Positions 59,916-64,000 of a stretch of DNA of 64,000 nt are shown one piece after another. This DNA is from a bacterium (GTDB lineage Bacteria; Patescibacteriota; Patescibacteriia; SG8-24). The DNA is taken from contig JAHFIV010000001.1 of assembly GCA_023246225.1 (NCBI GenBank), positions 46-64,045 of the forward strand, given 5' to 3'. A program made the translations under genes and the position numbers. Positions within the stretch are counted from its first letter, which is position 1. Each line of letters starts with the position of its first letter. The notes beneath the pieces are model-generated. The model did no database searches. It was not told where the DNA came from and saw nothing but the letters and a program-made list of their open reading frames with translations.

Positions 59916-60650
59916 TTATTTTGTGCTCGACACCGTTTTTTTCTTGAAAAAAACGTATTGCTGAAAGACGGTGAGCAAATTCATCACGAACCAATACAGC
60001 GCGAGGCCGCCAGGAAGTTTCCAACCAAGAACGACGGTGAGCACCGGCATCATGTACACCATCTGTTTATTCATAACCGCAAGCATTTCCTCATCCTTTG
60101 CTCCAGGTGTTCCTTTTGGTTGGGGACGAGACACCATCATCTTTGCTTGCACATACTGGGTTGCGCCTGCGCAAAGTGCGAGCATAATGTTCGGTTTCGC
60201 GAGATCGATCACACCGAACAACGCAGGGTGAATCACGCCCGGGTGCGGAACAAAGGAATACAAATATTCGAATCCCCCTGATTTTAAACTATCTGACAAC
60301 GCGCGATACAAACCGATGAATACGGGGAGTTGAATCAACACCGGAAGACAGGACGCTGCAGGATTAACTTTCTCCTCCGAATACAACGCCATCGTGGCTT
60401 TCGCAAGCTCCTCCTGCTGATCCTTCGCTGGATATTTTTTCTTTAGTTCATTGATCTTTGGCTGAAGATCAGCCAAAGCTTTTTGGGAACGAAGTGCGCT
60501 CGCTGAAAGTGGCCACATGACCAGCTTCACGATAACGGTAAGCAAAATAATGGCGATGCCGATGTCCTTACCAGGCACGATATCGTACAAACCGATAAGC
60601 AAGTTGAAAATCGGATCGAAAACGATTGCGTGAAAAAGGGCTGAGATCAT
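59916..60650 (-). CDS. yidC: Membrane protein insertase YidC (short form)
   Basis: GIAIILLT, LQPKINEL, VNPAASCLPVLIQLP, LPGGLALYW. Confidence 0.95.
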   Translation of the reverse strand: MISALFHAIVFDPIFNLLIGLYDIVPGKDIGIAIILLTVIVKLVMWPLSASALRSQKALADLQPKINELKKKYPAKDQQEELAKATMALYSEEKVNPAASCLPVLIQLPVFIGLYRALSDSLKSGGFEYLYSFVPHPGVIHPALFGVIDLAKPNIMLALCAGATQYVQAKMMVSRPQPKGTPGAKDEEMLAVMNKQMVYMMPVLTVVLGWKLPGGLALYWFVMNLLTVFQQYVFFKKKTVSSTK

Positions 60651-60665
60651 AACGCGTAGTGACGA

Positions 60666-61898
60666 TTATTCCTCCTTAGACGGTTCCGTTTCGGTAATTG
60701 TGACCACTTCTTCGGGGATACCCTCCGCGATCGCCGGCGCATCTGCAGGAGCGTTCGCTTCGCGAATATTGATCCGCCATCCGGTCAAACGCGATGCAAG
60801 ACGAACGTTCTGTCCACCCTTACCGATCGCGAGCGATAGTTGATCTTCCGGCACCATGACGTCCGCGACTCGCGCGTTTTCATCGAGAGTGATCTGTGTC
60901 ACTTTTGCTGGCGAAAGCGCGTTCGTGATAAACCGCGTCGCATCTTCATCAAACTGAATGATGTCGATCTTCTCGCCGCCAAGTTCGCTGATCACCGTCT
61001 GAATGCGCGTGCCGCGTTGACCGATGCACGAGCCGATCGGATCGACGTTCTCTTGCGTAGAAGACACCGCAACCTTAGAACGAGAACCTGCCTCGCGAGC
61101 GATCATATGAATGTTCACGATTCCACCTGCCACTTCAGGAATTTCCAACATGAACAATTTCTTTACGATCTCTGGATGTGCGCGTGACACCACAACCTCA
61201 GGACCTTTTGTGGTCATGCGTACGTCGGTCACAAAAACCTTCACGCGATCTCCTGATGCGTATCGCTCCGTCGGAATCTGTTCTTCTGGCGGGAGCACGG
61301 CGGTTGTGCGACCGAGATCGATCAACACCATCTTACCATCACGACGCTGCACGGTCGCGTTGATCAGTTCCTTTTCGCGATCCTTGAATTCGTTAAACAA
61401 TTTATTGCGTTCCGCTTCACGAATTTTTTGAATGATCACCTGCTTGGCGGTTTGCGCAGCCATGCGACCGAAAGCAGACGGCACTTCAAGTTTCGTTTTA
61501 ATCTCCTCGCCGATCTCCGCATCCTTCTTCAGCGACTCTCGCGCTGCGGTGACCATGATCTCTGTTTTTGGATTGAACTTTTTTTCTTCCTCGCCTTCCG
61601 CGACACCAGTTTCCTGGCGGCGAGGTCGTTCGTCGCGCATGTTGCGTACGATCTCCGGTTCATTCCCCTCGAGAAGTTCCGTTGGTAACTCCTGATCTTC
61701 TACAACAGTTTTAATATCAAATACTTCAAATTCTCCACTTTCTGGATCGAATGCGACTTTCAAATTCTGATTTTTGGTACCGAAATCTTTTCGGTATGCC
61801 GCAGCGAGTGCGGCTTCGATCGTTTCGATGACCGACTCTGCCGGAATATTTTTTTCCTCGCTAATTTGTGTGATCGCTTGGAGTAATGGTGACGACAT
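60666..61898 (-). CDS. nusA: Transcription factor NusA
   Basis: FGRMAAQTAKQVI, AREAGSRSK, LSLAIGKGGQNVRLA. Confidence 0.98.
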   Translation of the reverse strand: MSSPLLQAITQISEEKNIPAESVIETIEAALAAAYRKDFGTKNQNLKVAFDPESGEFEVFDIKTVVEDQELPTELLEGNEPEIVRNMRDERPRRQETGVAEGEEEKKFNPKTEIMVTAARESLKKDAEIGEEIKTKLEVPSAFGRMAAQTAKQVIIQKIREAERNKLFNEFKDREKELINATVQRRDGKMVLIDLGRTTAVLPPEEQIPTERYASGDRVKVFVTDVRMTTKGPEVVVSRAHPEIVKKLFMLEIPEVAGGIVNIHMIAREAGSRSKVAVSSTQENVDPIGSCIGQRGTRIQTVISELGGEKIDIIQFDEDATRFITNALSPAKVTQITLDENARVADVMVPEDQLSLAIGKGGQNVRLASRLTGWRINIREANAPADAPAIAEGIPEEVVTITETEPSKEE

Positions 61899-61930
61899 AA
61901 GTTGTTCTTACGATTTAATTGTCCTCCTAA

Positions 61931-62093
61931 GGAACCTCTGAGAAACTATATTCCGAAGCGGGAAACGAGATATTTTTTCTGTCCCGCTTTGATGACGCGC
62001 CACAGACGATGCAGAGCATCGTCGAGGACGCGGCGTCGAAGTGGGCGGGAAAAATAGCCGTTTCTCGCCGGAAGAGAGTTTTGAGGAGGTTCC
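61931..62093 (+). repeat. ~160-bp long-hairpin element, copy 2
   Basis: Terminal GGAACCTC...GAGGTTCC flanked by TAA on both sides; collinear with 27656-27816. Confidence 0.8.
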
Positions 62094-62208
62094 TAAATGG
62101 CTGCCTTTTCGATTTTAAGGCAGAAAAAAGACCAGTTTCATTCAGAAACTAGTCATTAACCGAAGTATACATGACAGTGGTCGCTTTGGCAAGGCCACGT
62201 CGGTCGTG

Positions 62209-62778
62209 TCAGTTTCTCAGATCCACCCGAGCGATGCGCGACCCGAAACGAGACATCAGTCGCGTGAGATGCGTATCGGCAAGAAATGGCGTCTCAGAGA
62301 GGCGCTCACGCTCCTCGCGAAGAAACGCTTCCACTTCGCCGACCGATGCCGCTCCGAGAAGCAGGAAATCACGCACGCCCCGTGCGAGCGCGGTGATGTC
62401 ATCATCAGAGAGCGCGATGAAGTACGCAACGACGGTCTCGCGACTCATCGTGTGCGCGTTCACAAGCGGCGGCGATCCACCGCCGTCGTTCTGCACCACT
62501 CGGATATACGCGTCTAAATACGCGTCTTGAAGGAGCGAAAGCAGTCTAGTGTACCGTTTAAATTGCGCGATGTCTGTGGTGACGCGCTCACGCTCACGCT
62601 TGAGTTCGGGGTCACGCCACGCACGAAATCGTGCGGGGATGCCTCGACACCAGGCGACGATGTGCTGCACGAATGCAACCTTCGCCTGCCACCCGGTCAC
62701 CGTGACACCGATCAGCAAAAGAACACCGATGACCACGAGCAGTGCGGCCTTCACGTAGACGAGAAAGAGATCATCCAT
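62209..62778 (-). CDS. Hypothetical membrane-anchored protein
   Basis: N-terminal TM; GGGAG SD. Confidence 0.65.
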   Translation of the reverse strand: MDDLFLVYVKAALLVVIGVLLLIGVTVTGWQAKVAFVQHIVAWCRGIPARFRAWRDPELKRERERVTTDIAQFKRYTRLLSLLQDAYLDAYIRVVQNDGGGSPPLVNAHTMSRETVVAYFIALSDDDITALARGVRDFLLLGAASVGEVEAFLREERERLSETPFLADTHLTRLMSRFGSRIARVDLRN

Positions 62779-62830
62779 TATGTACTCCCTATAGCGCTAT
62801 ATCGAACATCATCATAAAAATCGTTCTTTG

Positions 62831-63199
62831 TCAATCTTCGTCGCCAACAGCTGACCGAATGTGGGTAATGCACGGAGACTCGTTCACGAACACCTCGATA
62901 GCAACGACATCGATACGAAATCGCGCACGCGGGCGGTGTGTGGAGGAAAGATACGCAAAAGCGACCGCACGAAGATGCGCACGTTTGGTACGCGTGACCG
63001 ATTCTTCTGGCGTACCAAATCGCGCAGAGCGTCGCGTTTTCACTTCTACAAAAACGACCTCATCACCATCCATGGCAATGAGGTCGATCTCTCCGGCACG
63101 AGTGCGGAAACGTCGAGCGATGATCTTGAGTCCCGATGCGCGGAGAAATTTTTCCGCGAGACGTTCTCCTGCGAGTCCAAGTACATCTTTGGAGTTCAT
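62831..63199 (-). CDS. yraN: YraN family (UPF0102) putative nuclease
   Basis: LGLAGE, GEIDLIA, FVEVKTR, RFRIDVVAI. Confidence 0.92.
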   Translation of the reverse strand: MNSKDVLGLAGERLAEKFLRASGLKIIARRFRTRAGEIDLIAMDGDEVVFVEVKTRRSARFGTPEESVTRTKRAHLRAVAFAYLSSTHRPRARFRIDVVAIEVFVNESPCITHIRSAVGDED

Positions 63200-63621
63200 C
63201 GTTTCTTGGGGAGATATTTTTCAAGCTGCAGACGCTCTTCAATAGACAACCGCAGCGCGGGATAGTCACGCACAATAAATAACGCGACGCGTCCGAGCCA
63301 CACAACAAACAAAAAGAGGGTGCACAGGAACCACAGTCGCATTTGGAAAAAAGGCACTTGTTCGTAGCTCACAAATAATGCGAGAAGACCGAGTGCGCCT
63401 GTCCAAAAAAGTAAACGTGCAAAACGTTTGAGAATATCTGTGCGAAGCGAATCTTTTTTTCTCAAAACATGCGCGGTGATACGAAGCGCGATAGCGGCAA
63501 CGATAAAAAAACCAAAAAACGTCAAAATTTGACTCACGAGCGATGGTCCAAGCGGAACGGGGTTGGGATTGAACCAGTAGTGAACATTAAGGAAGGCGGA
63601 ATATCCACGAAGAAAACCCAT
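63196..63621 (-). CDS. Hypothetical three-TM membrane protein
   Basis: Three hydrophobic segments; KYLPKK tail; overlaps the yraN start. Confidence 0.7.
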   Translation of the reverse strand: MGFLRGYSAFLNVHYWFNPNPVPLGPSLVSQILTFFGFFIVAAIALRITAHVLRKKDSLRTDILKRFARLLFWTGALGLLALFVSYEQVPFFQMRLWFLCTLFLFVVWLGRVALFIVRDYPALRLSIEERLQLEKYLPKKR

Positions 63622-63708
63622 AGCAAGCGTACGGAGTGATACCCTTTAATCTGCACATGGTAAAAGAGCGGCGCGAAAAAGGCAAGTTATTACATTTCGA
63701 ACAACCAC

Positions 63709-63914
63709 TTTGTCATTCCGGCCCCATCTCTGTCATTCCTCTCTTCTGTTGTCATTCCGGGCCGTAACCCGGTCCTTTTCCTTGTCATTCCGGGCCGTGA
63801 CCCGGAATCCACGTAACAAAGTAACCAAACAGTTTTTGTTTGGTCTTTTTTTACGTTCTGGATTCCGGCTCGGGGGCCGGAATGACATGTTCCGGCTCGG
63901 AGGCCGGAATGACA
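63709..63914. repeat. REP-like composite cluster
   Basis: Several GTCATTCC units plus the composite with a central CCAAAC/GTTTGG hairpin. Confidence 0.9.
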
Positions 63915-64000
63915 AAAGAGGAGGTGTAAAACGACAAAGGAGGGGTCGCGCAAAGGTTTTATTTCACGTACACGAGTCCGTAATGATACGGCCCCGGCGT

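Noticed and set aside
63960-64000. Possible end of a structured RNA gene (e.g. RNase P RNA) at the window edge
   Set aside because: Too little sequence and no diagnostic motif visible.

Overview
This window looks like a Patescibacteria (CPR) chromosome segment; the lineage is inferred from gene content. (1) 1-1.6 kb: the right part of a diversity-generating retroelement (DGR). It comprises avd (truncated by the window edge), a 118-bp template repeat (TR) and a 194-aa target gene whose variable repeat (VR) differs from the TR at 11 positions, all template adenines. No RT gene lies in the window. (2) About 1.7-17.7 kb: an AT-richer accessory island between a probable displaced tRNA 3'-end/att remnant and tRNA-Ser(UGA). 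It carries a ParB-like gene coupled to an IS256-type DDE protein that lacks part of its N-terminal region and has no visible IS ends. It also carries a repeated-domain gene family, a secreted serine protease with an attenuator-like leader, and an SSB-like/primase-helicase/ori/Xis/tyrosine-integrase replicon module. (3) 17.8-28.5 kb: small accessory genes and a copper-efflux operon with a possible leader-peptide attenuator. (4) 28.5-48.6 kb: comF and the CPR VirB4/PrgI/VirB6-like locus, a 3280-aa Cys-rich protein, and a gene invaded by palindromic repeats and split by a frameshift. (5) 48.7-64 kb: mostly housekeeping genes (rsmA, tsaC, prfB with programmed frameshift, groES/groEL with CIRCE, yidC, nusA, yraN) plus three tandem HTH-like paralogues. 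Two dispersed palindromic repeat families are present. All calls come from reading the sequence by eye; no searches were run.
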